Shown piece after piece: positions 1 to 11,988 of a stretch of DNA of 64,000 nt (positions are counted from its first letter, which is position 1; each line of letters begins with the position of its first letter). Where the stretch lies: assembly GCF_006345805.1 (NCBI RefSeq), contig NC_043011.1:1-64000 (forward strand). Direction: 5' to 3'. The translations under genes were made by a program, and so were the position numbers. This DNA comes from Octopus sinensis. Its lineage: Eukaryota. The notes beneath the pieces are model-generated. The model was not told where the DNA came from and searched no databases. It worked only from the letters and a program-made list of their open reading frames with translations.

Positions 1-760
1 TTTGTTGATGTTATTCTCGCTCTCGTTGTTATTGTTACTGTTGTTGTTACTGTTACACTCGTTGTTGCTAATAATGTTGTTGTTGCTGTTATTGTTGCCA
101 TGTTTCTGTTGCTGATGTTGTTGTTACTGTCGAGGTTGATGTTGTTGTTAATAACGTTACTGCTATGCTGCTGCAGCTATTAATTAATGTTGCTGTTCGT
201 GCTGCTGTTGTTGTTATCGCTTCTGTCATACTTTCAGCTGTAGCCGCAACTGCTCTTCATGCTGTCACTCGTGTCGTTGGGGCAGCGGCTGTTATTCTCG
301 TTGTTATTGTTCGTGTTGTTCCGGCTGCTATTAACGTTCTTGTTGTAGTTACCATTATTCCTACTGTTGTTGTTGCTGCTACTATTGTTACTGTTAACCT
401 TGATGTTATTGTTGTTATTTATGTGGTAACTTCTAGATATCTCACAATTTTTCATTGACTTTTGATCTTCGTCTTGTTGTTAATATGATTCTTATTCATT
501 TTGATGTTGTTTTTTCGTTGTTGTTGTTGTCATTATTGTCACTGGTGATGTTGGTTTTGTAGTTTTTATTTTTGTTATTTGGTTTGTAGTCGCCGCTACT
601 TTGATGTTAATATTAAAGCTTTTGTTGTCTTCTTGTTTTTGTTGTTGCTGTCATGGTGTTCATCATCGTCATCGTTGTTGTTATTGCTATAGTTGTAATT
701 GACATTCCTGTATTGTTGTTTGTTTGTTTGTTTGTTCCTCCCCCTCATACTTGCTCTTCT
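1..760. repeat. Low-complexity (GTT/GCT/ATT)-rich trinucleotide region
   Basis: Degenerate gtt/gct/att triplets throughout. ORFs 165..458 and 234..455 are V/A- or N-rich by-products. Confidence 0.85.
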
Positions 761-940
761 CGTCTATCTTATCTAACTAGTTATCCTGCAACCAGATTTG
801 AAACTGGATTTTCAAATATTCGCCAAAAGTAACGTACCAGAGATTCATAGTACAAAACTACCTGTGACGAATACATGGATGGATATATATAGGTTGAGTA
901 TTGATAGACTGAGAGTCAGACAATTAGATAGATAAATAGA

Positions 941-1000
941 AACATAGATAGAAAGACAGACATAAAATGGATAGATAGATGGACAGATAGACAGGCAGAC

Positions 1001-1049
<49 letters not shown>

Positions 1050-1116
1050 CATACATACATACATACATACATACATACATAGACAAATTGATAGAGAGAC
1101 AGATAGATAGATAGAT

Positions 1117-1150
<34 letters not shown>
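941..1150. repeat. (AGAT)n/(ACAT)n microsatellite
   Basis: Tandem tetranucleotide units seen directly; a further (AGAT)n lies at 1503-1640. Confidence 0.95.
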
Positions 1151-1151
<1 letters not shown>

Positions 1152-1502
1152 TGTTTCTTTATTAGCCACACAGGGCTGCACACAGATAGAACAAATTACA
1201 AGGTAGTAGAACTTTTCTTTTGAAGGTATTAAAAAAAAAAAAAAAATAAAATAAAAAAAAAGGAAGGGGGAGGTTCGATCAAAAGGGATCGTAAAAGGAG
1301 AGAAAGAGGACAAAAATAAGGGGGGTTAAAAAAAAAAAAAAAAAAAAAGGGGGGGGGGGAGAGGAAAAAAAATGATCAATAGGGATCGTTATCACAGAAA
1401 TGTCAATATGAAGTGTAAAGGGGAGGACAGGTGAGGTTTACCCGTGGAAAGAAAAGCCTGCGGAAAAGACCACGGTAACCTCGGTCAATGAAGTCACATT
1501 TT
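1152..1502 (-). mobile_element. Probable LINE 3' end fragment (second partial copy at 1640-1790)
   Basis: Two related copies begin tttctttatt(a/g)gccacacagggctg, each next to an (AGAT)n tract. The terminal motif resembles the tail of SINE family A. Clade not determined. Confidence 0.45.
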
Positions 1503-1558
1503 AGATAGATAGATAGATAGATAGAAAGATAGATAGACAGACAGACAGACAGACATAC

Positions 1559-1640
<82 letters not shown>

Positions 1641-1899
1641 CTTTCTTTATTGGCCACACAGGGCTGAACACAGAGGGAACAAATACAAATGGAAAATGGA
1701 AAAGAAAAAGGGAAAAAAGGGAACAAATGGAAAATTCCGATCAAAAAGGATTGGGAAAAGAAAGCGATCGAAAGGGATCGTGTATCACAGATAGATAGAC
1801 TGACAGACAGATAGATGGATAGGTAGATAGATCTAATCGACTGGTCCCCTCCTCGCAAATTTCAGGCTTTGTGCCTATAGTAGAAAAGATTATATCATG

Positions 1900-2106
1900 A
1901 GGTGGTGAGCTGGCCACATCGTTCGGACACCAGGCAAAATGCTTCGCAGAATTTTGTCCGGCTTTAAGCTATGAGTTCAAATTCCACAGGGGTATACTTT
2001 ATTTTTCATTCTTTCGGGGTCGATACAATAAGTACCATTTAAGAACTATTATCACCTTGCACCTTCCCCTAAAACTTTAGGCCTTGCGTTTATAGTAGAA
2101 AGGATG
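1900..2106 (+). mobile_element. tRNA-derived SINE, family A
   Basis: Head ggtggtgagctggc, B-box-like gagttcaaattcc, central ggggtcgat..aagtacca, tail tagtagaaaggat. More than 15 related copies in the window. Confidence 0.8.
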
Positions 2107-2199
2107 ATACCTATCTCCTCTCTCTCTCTGTATATTTGTATATGTATATGTATATGTATGTGTATGTATATATATATATATATTTATATATACATGTAT

Positions 2200-3050
2200 A
2201 TGTACGATGTACGTTGAGTGGATAGTAACCCCAGCCTCCCTGCGCTTGCGAAATCATTTTTGCACCGGTAGGCCGCGTCAGTTCCTGGCTGTTATGCCTA
2301 GAGTACCGACGTGTGTGCAAGTCGGATTTTCATTGTTACGCATGATGACCGAACGCATCGAGCGGATGCCTCATCACCAGTGATGGTGATCTTGATGAAA
2401 TCTAGATCTTGTTCTGAGTCATCTCCATGCTGAGTTGTTTCAGCTTCTTGGCTAGTACCTTGAGGACAAAATTCGCCGTCGGCATTTTCTCCCATGTACA
2501 AATCCTGCATTAAAATGGAATATACTGATCCTGTGTTTATTTCCACTTCATGAAAGTCTCCCGAGACCACAAATGGCCTGAACTCTTTGCATGAACACCA
2601 CCCTGTACATAACTCCATGTCCCCCTACATGGCCTTGCTTTTTGCTTTTTGAGCCAAAAAATTAACTTAACTTAAATTATGACCAATTTCCTGGTTTAAC
2701 ACTCGATGATCTTCCGTAACTATTCGCTGAATTTTCTTAATAAGTTCATCCTTTCGCTTTGTGGATTATCTGCCTAAGCGTGTCTCGTTCTCCACTGAGG
2801 CGCGGCCATTTTAACTGTTTGAAAAGGTTGGCCACTCCTTGGTCTAAGTTTTGCCCATGGCTTCATCACCAAAGGTCTGCCGAATCTTCTGGATGGTTTA
2901 AGCTTGAGTTTCACCAAGCTATTGCAAAACTTAACTCCACCCGATGCTTTCGGTGAAAATATAAATCCGACCGAATAGCCACATCACGTCTGCAACCTAT
3001 TGGCGCGAAAATTTTGTCCACGTAGGATACTTCATAACGCTCCTCCGATA
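2200..3050 (-). mobile_element. Decayed mariner (N-terminal half of transposase)
   Basis: Minus-strand frames give LGETQA*TIQKIRQTFGDEAMGKT (HTH region), VEINTGSVYSILMQDLYM and FIKITITGDE (first catalytic D motif), with stops and frameshifts. Confidence 0.75.
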
Positions 3051-3074
3051 TATATATATACATATATAATATAT

Positions 3075-3123
<49 letters not shown>

Positions 3124-3129
3124 CTGTAT

Positions 3130-3180
<51 letters not shown>

Positions 3181-3778
3181 CTGTATATATATATATATAT
3201 ATATATATGTCTGTGTGTGTGTGTGTGTGGAGCGTATATATATATGTTTTTGGGAATAAACACATACATACGAAGTTTTACGTATTGATATATAGGTGGA
3301 TAGATACATAAATACATATATCATGAAATGCAATATATACGTACATATAGGAGTGTGTGTATGTGTGTATAAATATATCTGGGTATATTTCATGTTCTTG
3401 TTTACACATATGCATAAAGATGATATATTTTATGGAAGAAAGACAAAGAGACTACTTGTCACATCATAGAGGACATAATATATTCATTTAAACGGAATTT
3501 CTATCATATATATATATATATATATATAAATTATATACGTACATATATATAACGAACTAACTGTTACTTTCTCAGACGCAGCACGGATTTTTGTCAGTGA
3601 AGAGGTCGCTGTCTTAAAGCGACGAAAATATTTTGACAAATTAAACTTAAATGTTGAAGTGAATCGAACTGCTTTTGTGAGTTTCTTAAATGGCTTACAA
3701 ACACCTTCCACGCTGCAATTGTTTTTGTTCCAGCACACGATTTCAGATCAAATCACTTGCTATGCAAGTACATCTCTG

Positions 3779-3831
<53 letters not shown>

Positions 3832-3833
3832 TA

Positions 3834-3878
3834 TTATCTGAACTGGTGTTTCATGCCATTGCGATCTTCAGACAAAAA
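3834..3878 (-). ncRNA. Degenerate hammerhead-ribozyme-like motif
   Basis: Reverse complement UUUUGU CUGAAGA UCGC AAUG GCAU GAAAC ACCA GUU CAGAU. Both core boxes are intact, but helices I and II carry mismatches. Abuts a (TA)n tract. Confidence 0.4.
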
Positions 3879-4842
3879 CTACTTCTCACAGGTTGTAATC
3901 GCTATTACGACTTGAAAACTTTCCGTTGGATCATCTGTACTATTGTTTCTGTGTATATCATTACAATAGTTGCTTGTGTTTCTATGGTACCTTGTTTATT
4001 TTTTCGTGTATATTTCTAATTTTTTTGTTGTAGTTGTTGTTTCTCATAGGCTATTGTTATTTGCATTTAAGTCGATGTTTGCTGTAGTTTGATAACTTAC
4101 GATTGCAGTTGATATCGTTTTTATATTTTCGTCGCTGCACTACAATCTGTTTGTTTCATATATTTGGTTTTATATACGTTGTTGCTGCAGTTGTTACTCT
4201 TGTTAACTCTCTTCTTTCAAACAATATCATTACGGTTGGAAAATACGTTGGAGTTCTGCTTTATGGCTATAAAGCAAACATCAAGGCTGTTTCTGAACGT
4301 TTTTTATTTTTCTGATCTTAAGGTCAAACCAATGAAGCTGTGAAGCCTGTCCAAGCTTTTATCATTAACACACGGTTCACTGTTTTAGGAGAGAGAGATA
4401 TTTGAATTATGGCTACATCTATCTCCTATTCGTTTTTGTTCGCAACATTTCTCTCTCTCCCTCTCCCTCACTTTCTCCTCCACCCTGGCATTCTCTCGCT
4501 CTTAAATAATGAGCTTTGCATCGGATTCGTTTCATTATGAGATTCTGGACATTTAACGATATTATAATGCTGTTGTGAGCGAATGATTCCAGCTATTCAT
4601 GAAGCCACACCCTTAGTTGTATAGCACAGATTAACTGGGTGGAGAAATTACTTAGTGACACCTTCTGCAGAGAAAATAAATAGTCAGTGAATGTTAAGAA
4701 ACTTCTGCAGTGAATTAAATATCTCATGCAGCTATACACTTATACACTATTAACTTTATATGATTAATTCTGGTTAAAAAAAAGGGGAGTTAACTCTGAA
4801 ACAGAAATTAATCATAGTTTAAAAGCTACATTTGAAAAGCTA

Positions 4843-5026
4843 CACATACATATATCATCTCGAGTGTAACTGCCCGAAATAATCGTGTCTTCTGGGACTT
4901 GACTGATGAAAGACAATGTCTTTTTTTGCCTGTCCTTCTAATTGTTGTTTCTCTTGTCCGCCTTTGTATCGTCTATCTCCCCGAATGTTTTAATGCCCTC
5001 TATTGCGTTTTTGTTCCATTTATATA

Positions 5027-5082
<56 letters not shown>

Positions 5083-6058
5083 ATCCAGACATGAAAACGC
5101 AAAGAGAAAACACAACGCGAGGACGTGGAACAAGTATTCCTCGTGTGGACGGAATTCTTTATGCGTTCCATCGTAGGAAATTATATTTCTTGTAGTTTGA
5201 ACAAAAGTTAATATATTTTCTGAAAAATCTGAGAAAAATCCCGAACTGGTTTTCGAAAAATTATTATCAAGTAACGCTGAGTAATTACCTTAGTTTCGTA
5301 TGCCATAAGACAGTCTTAGAGAAGTGGGAATGATATCAAGAAATGACACCAATTAAAAAAAAAATAATATTCAGGTGACATGTCATGCTTAATAGCCAGC
5401 ATATTAAAAGATACCTTTAAAGGCTAAATTTATAAACAACTTATAAACAAGGGCAAAAGAAAAAAAATTCAATGCCAAATATGCCGAAATAGACTTAATC
5501 ATCAATAAGCACATAATTTATCACTATAAGCACGCGTCTCGAAAGCAAGAAATTTCTAAAAAATTAATAACGACAATAACGAAAATTTTCTAAAAAAAAT
5601 TTTGATAATAACGCCTTTAGTCGAACAAATTAACGCCAGGACTTATTCTTTGTAAGCCTAGTACTTATTCTATCGGTCTCTATTGCAACCATACTAACAT
5701 CAGTTGTCAAGTGATGATGAGAGGACAAACACAGATATACAAATATATACACACATACATATATCATCTCGAGTGTAACTGCCCAAAATAATCGTGTCTT
5801 CTGGGACTTGACTGATGAAAGACAACGTCTTTTTTTGCCTGTCCTTCTAATTGTTGTTTCTCTTGTCCGCCTTTGTATCGTCTATCTCTCCGAATGTTTT
5901 AATGCACTCTATTGCGTTTTTGTTCCATTTATATATGCATATATATATATATATAATATATATATATTATATATATATATATATTATATATATATAGTTA
6001 ATCCAGACATGAAAACGCAAAGAGAAAACACAACAACGCGAGGACATGAACAAGTATA
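4843..6058. repeat. Local duplication of a ~300-bp unit (4843-5130 and 5752-6058), each with an internal (TA)n
   Basis: Near-identical atcatctcgagtgtaactgccc...gttaatccagacatgaaaacgcaaagagaaaacacaac; the ORFs at 4899 and 5808 are near-identical. Confidence 0.9.
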
Positions 6059-6095
6059 GTGTTATTGGACGCTCAGGAAAGGAAAGAAAGAAGGA

Positions 6096-6135
6096 GGATT
6101 TAACGTTTCGAGCGGAGCTCTTCGTCAGAAACATA
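6096..6135 (-). ncRNA. Minimal type I hammerhead-like motif in a Penelope-type tail
   Basis: Reverse complement GUUU CUGACGA A GAGC UCC GCUC GAAAC GUU AAAU: canonical core, 4-bp helix II, ACGU palindrome in place of helix III, weak 4-bp helix I. Confidence 0.6.
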
Positions 6136-6503
6136 GGAAAAGAAAAAATCTAAGGAAGGGAAGACGGAGGACAAAATCGCCAACGGTACACACGCGGTCA
6201 CATTTTGAATGACCGGAAAGGAATGGGTGAAGAAAAAGTTCTTTCAAAGACAGGAGAGTGCAAGAGAAGGAGGTATGTGTGTGTATGTGTAGGTATGTGC
6301 ATGTGCGCAGGTCTGTGTGTGTGTGTGTGTGTGTAATGGTAGGACGTGTGTGTGCGTTTTGTTTGCAGTGTGTGGGTGTATATATGTATGTGTGTGTTCG
6401 TATTGTATGTTCGTATGTGTAGAGGATGTGTGTGGGAAATAACTTTGCTTTACTTTGTATATATATATATACATATGTGCGTGTGTGTATATATGTGTGT
6501 GTG

Positions 6504-6582
<79 letters not shown>

Positions 6583-6694
6583 GAAAGAAGGTTTGAAAAT
6601 GCAATTTTAAAAGATGTTTATTTACTTTACCGGTTTCACTCTTTGGAAAAAGATTGTCAAAAGTAACATGTAAAAGTTTGGTTGCGTTAATTAT

Positions 6695-7130
6695 TGGTTG
6701 TTACAAATTGCTACATTACATATATACAGTCTTTGGTGACAAGAACATGTTAAGGACATACGAAAGTTTAACAAGTTCCTTAAAATATTAGGCACAAAAG
6801 ATTACAACATAAATATACATTCAATATACATTCTCAAGAACATGTTAAAGATAGTTTCCAGAAGGAATTATTAAAAAGGTCAGTTTGATATTGGTATTGT
6901 ATCTGTATATTCATACACGCACAGAATATTGGTTGTCATAGAGTACTACAATACATATATATATACATTCTTTGGTGACAAGAGCATGTTAAGAACATAA
7001 AAAAGTTTAACAAGTTGATTGAAATATTGGGCACACAAGATTACAACAAATAGATACATTCTCACGATAATTTCCAAAAGGAATTATTAAAAAGTTCAGT
7101 GGAATATTGGTATACACGCACAGAATATTA
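6695..7130. repeat. Diverged tandem duplication (~235-bp unit)
   Basis: Two copies of tctttggtgacaaga(a/g)catgttaag...aagtttaacaagtt...ggaattattaaaaag...atacacgcacagaatatt. Confidence 0.8.
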
Positions 7131-7249
7131 TGAGTTCAAAACGGTTTACATTATAATAGTAGGGAAGCTAAAACTGACCTGTCCACCATGTTAACGTAAA
7201 AAAATATGATCTATTTCAAGGGACACTGTAGGTGTGTTTGGGTGGGGGG

Positions 7250-9532
7250 AAGGAGGAGTAATGTGGAACTGAAAAGAATTTCTCCTTTTTGTCTCTCCTT
7301 CACGCATCAATGATTTGGGGGATTGGTCTTTAGAGGTCAGGATGGTTTGAGTGTGTGTGTGTCTTTGTGTTTATATACATACATATGTGGTGTGAATAGA
7401 TGTGTCTGTGTGTTTGTAAAATCTGGTAGGATGGTGTGTGTATATGTCTGCCCGTTTGTGAACCGTGTGTGTGATTGGCTTGGTGTTGTGTGCGTGTGTG
7501 TGTGTATATATATGTGCGTGATTGGCATTTGGCATGGTGCCGTGTGTGTGCATGTTTGTGTATATGTGTGTCTGTATGGAGGTCAGAATGGTGTGAGTGT
7601 GTGTCTTTGTGTGTGTGTATATATGTATACATGTGTCTCTCTGTGTGGGGGGGGGCTGTTTTTGATTGGTCCCAGGGTCCATTGTGATGTAAATAGATGT
7701 GTGTTCTTTAGAAATTTGGTAGGATGGTGTGTGAATATAAATAAAACAAGTCTTTTACGTTTCGAGCCTACGCTCTTCAACAGAAAGATACACAGAAAAG
7801 AAACACGTAAAGAAACAAGGAGAGAAAAAATGCGTGCACATGTGTTTGTGTTTGTGGGCCGTTTTGATTGGTCCCGGTTCCATTGTGGTGTAAATAGATG
7901 TATGTTTTTAAGATTTGGTAGGAATGTGTGTGTGTGTATATGTGTGGTTAATGTTTGTTGGTGTGTTGCGTGTGTGTATGTGTTTTTCGTATGTGTGTGT
8001 GTTTATGCGTTTTGTGTGTGTTGGTATTGAGTATGTGTTTGTGTGTGTGCGTATATATGGTGCGAGTGTGTGTGTATTTGTGTGTTTGTTTTAGATGTGT
8101 GCCTGGGGGTATGTTAGAGTATGTTTAGTTGTCGTCTGTATTTTTTAATAAGATTATATTCCCTATTCATTCGTGTTTGGTCAGTGGTGTTGTCCGGGCA
8201 TTGGTATAGTGGGGAAACTAAGAATTTGGGGGACTTATCGTGTGCACAGAGGTCTAAGTGTCCACTAAGTGGTATCAGTCTTGTGGTGGGGTCCCTCAGT
8301 TGTTGGCGGTGAACTGTCATCCTTTCTCTGAGGATAAGGCTCGTTTGCCCTATGCAGTCTTCGTGGCACTTTTCACACCTTATGACATAGAGTAAATTTT
8401 TTGATGCGCAGGTGAAATTATTTTTTATGATAAAGGTGTGTCCTGACTGGAACTTGTACGTTGATCCCCCAATAAGGTGGATACAAGTCCTGCAGTTGGA
8501 ACGACCACATTTTTTGACGGTGGGCGGTGAGTTTGTGTTGTGTAATTTTGCATTGGTGAATAGATATTTTAGGGATTTAGGTTGTATCTTACTTTTTATT
8601 ATTTTATGAGCTGCGAGTAATTTTTTTAGGCGTGGGTCTTGATTTAGCTGTGGAATGTTGTTGTATATAATAGTGTAAGCTTCTGCATTTCTTGGGTTGT
8701 GTGTTGAGAGATAAGGGAGGCTATTTACTGTATTGTTGATGTGTTTTGGTTTTCGTAAGTCTTGAGTGTTATTTGATTTGGCCCGTTCTATTCCGTTGTC
8801 TACTAGTGATGCCGGATAATGTCTTTCGAGAAGAATTGCCCTTAGTTCTCGGAGTCTTCTATTTCGTGTTGTGTCATTTGAGACAATTATGCTGATTCTT
8901 CTCGCTAAGTTGAAGGGGATATTTGTCTTTGTGTGCTTTGGGTGACTGGAGGTGAATAGAAGGTATTGTTTAGAACCAGTGGGTTTCTAATGGATGTCAG
9001 TTTCAATGTTGACGCCTTTTTTAATGATTAGAATGTCAATAAAAGGGAGTTGATCCTGACTATGTTCAATTGTGAATTGGATGTGGTTATTTACACTGTT
9101 GATAAGGTTTTTGAAGTCAATAGGTTGGTCGAGTGTGTGGGACCATAGGATGAGGCAATCATCTCAGTAGCGTTTCCAGTTCTCCAACAGGTATTTGTGG
9201 AAAGACTGGCCGTACTTTATATTTGGATTTTTCATAAATATGTGATTCCAGGCGGGCCATCACCAGGTTTGCATAGGTAGGGGCAACTTTCGTACCCATT
9301 GCAGTTCCTGAAACCTGTCTGTAAGTGTTATTATTAAAATTCATAAAGTTGCTTTGCGAAATAAATTTGAGGCCCCCAATGATGAATTTTTTTTTTTATT
9401 CTTTCCGGGATCTCATTTGGATATTTATCCAGCCAGAATTTAATAGCTTCAAGTCCATATTCATGTGGGATTGTAGTGTAAAGGTTTATTACATCAAAGG
9501 AGACGATTAAAGTGTCTTTATCGGTATCATCT
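7250..9532 (-). mobile_element. Penelope-like retroelement (probably Neptune clade), 5'-truncated and pseudogenised; coding part 8114-9532
   Basis: Minus-strand translation gives RT motifs SFDVINLYTTIP, GTAMGTKVAPTYANL and RY*DD, linker CGRSNCRTC (Cx4CxxC), then GIY-YIG-like NLLYVIRCEKCHEDCIGQT...RMTVHRQQ...GH, stopping at 8114. It carries frameshifts and stops. A (TG)-rich 3' region containing a hammerhead-like motif follows. Confidence 0.9.
7751..7788 (-). ncRNA. Variant hammerhead-like motif (CUGUUGA core)
   Basis: Reverse complement UCUUU CUGUUGA A GAGC GUAG GCUC GAAAC GUA AAAGA: perfect 5-bp helix I, 4-bp helix II, ACGU palindrome; A6 is replaced by U. Confidence 0.6.
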
Positions 9533-9617
9533 CGCGGAATTCGAACTCAGAGCAGATAGGCAGACGAAATACTGCTAAGCATTTTGCCCGGTGTGCTAAA
9601 GTTTCTGCCAACTCGCC

Positions 9618-9619
<2 letters not shown>
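9533..9619 (-). mobile_element. SINE family A, 5' fragment
   Basis: Reverse complement of the head and B-box (ggaattcgaactcagag...ctgccaactcgcctt). Confidence 0.7.
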
Positions 9620-9698
<79 letters not shown>

Positions 9699-10075
9699 GA
9701 GTGAGAGAGCAGTGCATGTCATCAAAGTCACACTGGAGTAAAATATAGGAAGCCTAGTAAATTTTCTTCAGGTCGAGTAGCCCATGACGCTCAAAAGGTC
9801 CCTGAAGATAGGTTGTTTAAGGATGTTGAACGAAAGACCTATGATTCTAGAGGTGAACTATTCAAACCCCAAAGAATTCCACTCAAAACATACCTAAGAT
9901 GCTCCCCCACTACTTCTGCTCGTGATCAGAGATGCACATATCGTTAACCACAAGGGACATTGTCAACTGTTTAATGTCAAACAACTGACAAGCAAACTGT
10001 GGTACATAGCAGAATATTTGCTGTAGTCCGACTTCTATACCAAAACAAAACATGTACATGGTAACACTTCCAATC
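9620..10075 (-). mobile_element. Probable LINE 3' UTR remnant ending in a (TAA)n tail
   Basis: Complex sequence 9699-10075 runs directly into (TTA)n at 9620-9698. No ORF recognised, so the assignment rests on architecture only. Confidence 0.4.
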
Positions 10076-10077
10076 AG

Positions 10078-10310
<233 letters not shown>

Positions 10311-10312
10311 GC

Positions 10313-10718
10313 AGGTAGCGAGCTGGCAGAATCGTTAGTAGGCCGGTCGAAATGCTTACCAGTATTTCACCTGTCACTACGTTCTGAATTCAAATTCCGC
10401 CGAGGCCAGCTTTACCTGTTATCATTTCGGGGTCGATAAATTATGTACCAGTGAAACACTGGGGTCGATGTAATCGACTCGGACCCTCCCCACCAAATTC
10501 CAGGCCTCGTGCCTTTGGTAGAACGGATTAATTAGTAGTGGCAAAGAAGGCGGTGAGGTGTCAGAATGATTATCAGTCCGGAAAAAATGCTTAGCAGCGT
10601 GTCATCCGCCTTTGCGTTCTCAGATAAAATGTCACCGAGGTCAACATAGTCTTTCATGATTTCGAGGCCAGTAAAATAAGTACCAGCTGAACACTGGGGA
10701 TGGATGTAATCGAATTGT
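10313..10718 (+). mobile_element. Two adjacent SINE family A copies (10313-10530, 10549-10718)
   Basis: Each has a gagctggcagaatcgttag-type head, a B-box and gtaccag..actgggg. Confidence 0.8.
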
Positions 10719-10722
10719 CCAC

Positions 10723-11101
10723 TCTTTTACTTGCTTCATTCATTTGACTGCGGCCATGCAGGGGCACCGACTTAAGTCAAAGAAATCGACCCCGGGACTT
10801 ATTCTTTGTAAGTCTAGTACTTATTCTACCGGTCACTTTTGCTGAACCGCTAAGTTACGGGGACGTAAACACGCCAGCATCGGTTGTCAAGCATACAAAC
10901 ACACACACATATATATATACATACATACACATATATACGACGAGCTTCTTTCAGTTTCTGTGTACCAAATCCACTCACAAGGCTTTGGTCGGCTCGAGGC
11001 TATAGTAAAAGACATTTGCCTAAGGTGCCACGCAGTGGGAATGAACTCGGGACCATATGGTTGGTAAGCAAGCTACTTACCACACAGCCACTCCTGCGCC
11101 T
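10723..11101 (-). mobile_element. tRNA-derived SINE, family B, full length with internal microsatellite
   Basis: Reverse-complement head aggcgcaggagtggctgtgtggtaagtagcttgc (A-box), B-box-like gagttcattccc, internal (CA/TA)n, tail catggccgcagtcaaatga..gaagcaagtaaaaga. Confidence 0.85.
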
Positions 11102-11150
11102 AGAAACTGCTGGCCTCGTACCAAAATACGAAACCATTATTAGTCGTGTT

Positions 11151-11183
<33 letters not shown>

Positions 11184-11426
11184 TAGTAGTAGTAGTAATG
11201 GTTGTAATGAAAGCAATAATATATTTTATGGTAGCAATGCAGAATGTTCGTAAGATTATTAACAAAAAATGCTTTTGTACATTTAATAATAATGGCGTCT
11301 GAGTGAATATTTGGGTGTATAATATAAATGGATATCTGTATCAGAAGTCGTCTCTGTCTCTGTCTCTCTCTCTCTGTCTCTCTGTCTCTCTCTCCCCTCT
11401 CTCTCTCCTCTCTCTCCACTCTCCCC

Positions 11427-11490
<64 letters not shown>

Positions 11491-11635
11491 GTCTGTCTGT
11501 GTCTGTCTGCCTGTCCGTGTACATAATATATATGTGTGTGTGTATGTGTGTATGTGTGGTGTGTGGTGTACATTATTGATAATATGTGCGAATGTATATA
11601 TTGTTTATATATATATATATGTATATATATTTGTT

Positions 11636-11950
11636 TTTTACTTGTTTCAGTCATTTGATTGCGGCCACGCTGGAGCAGCGCCTTTAGTCGAACAAATCGC
11701 CCCAATGATTTATTATTTGTAAGCCTAGTACTTATTCTATCGGTCTCTTTTGCCGAACCGCTAATTTATGGTGACGTAAACACACCAACAAGGGGGGCAA
11801 GCGTTGGGGGTGGCGACAAACACATAAATACATATATACATATACATATATATATATATATGCATATAGTTACATATATATATATTTATATATATATACA
11901 CACACATATATATATACATATATATTATATATATATATATATATATATGT

Positions 11951-11988
<38 letters not shown>

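Noticed and set aside
3550-3780. Stop-free plus-strand frame (TVTFSDAARIFVSEEVAVLKRRKYFDKL...)
   Set aside because: No start or recognisable domain; probably part of an unclassified repeat bounded by (TA)n. The same applies to 33454-33990.
4895-4925. CUGAUGA box (also at 5812) as a hammerhead
   Set aside because: No downstream GAAA or helix I partner; at most a deleted remnant.
7323-8030. 235-aa Cys/Val-rich ORF
   Set aside because: (TG)-rich antisense of the Penelope 3' region, not a plausible protein.
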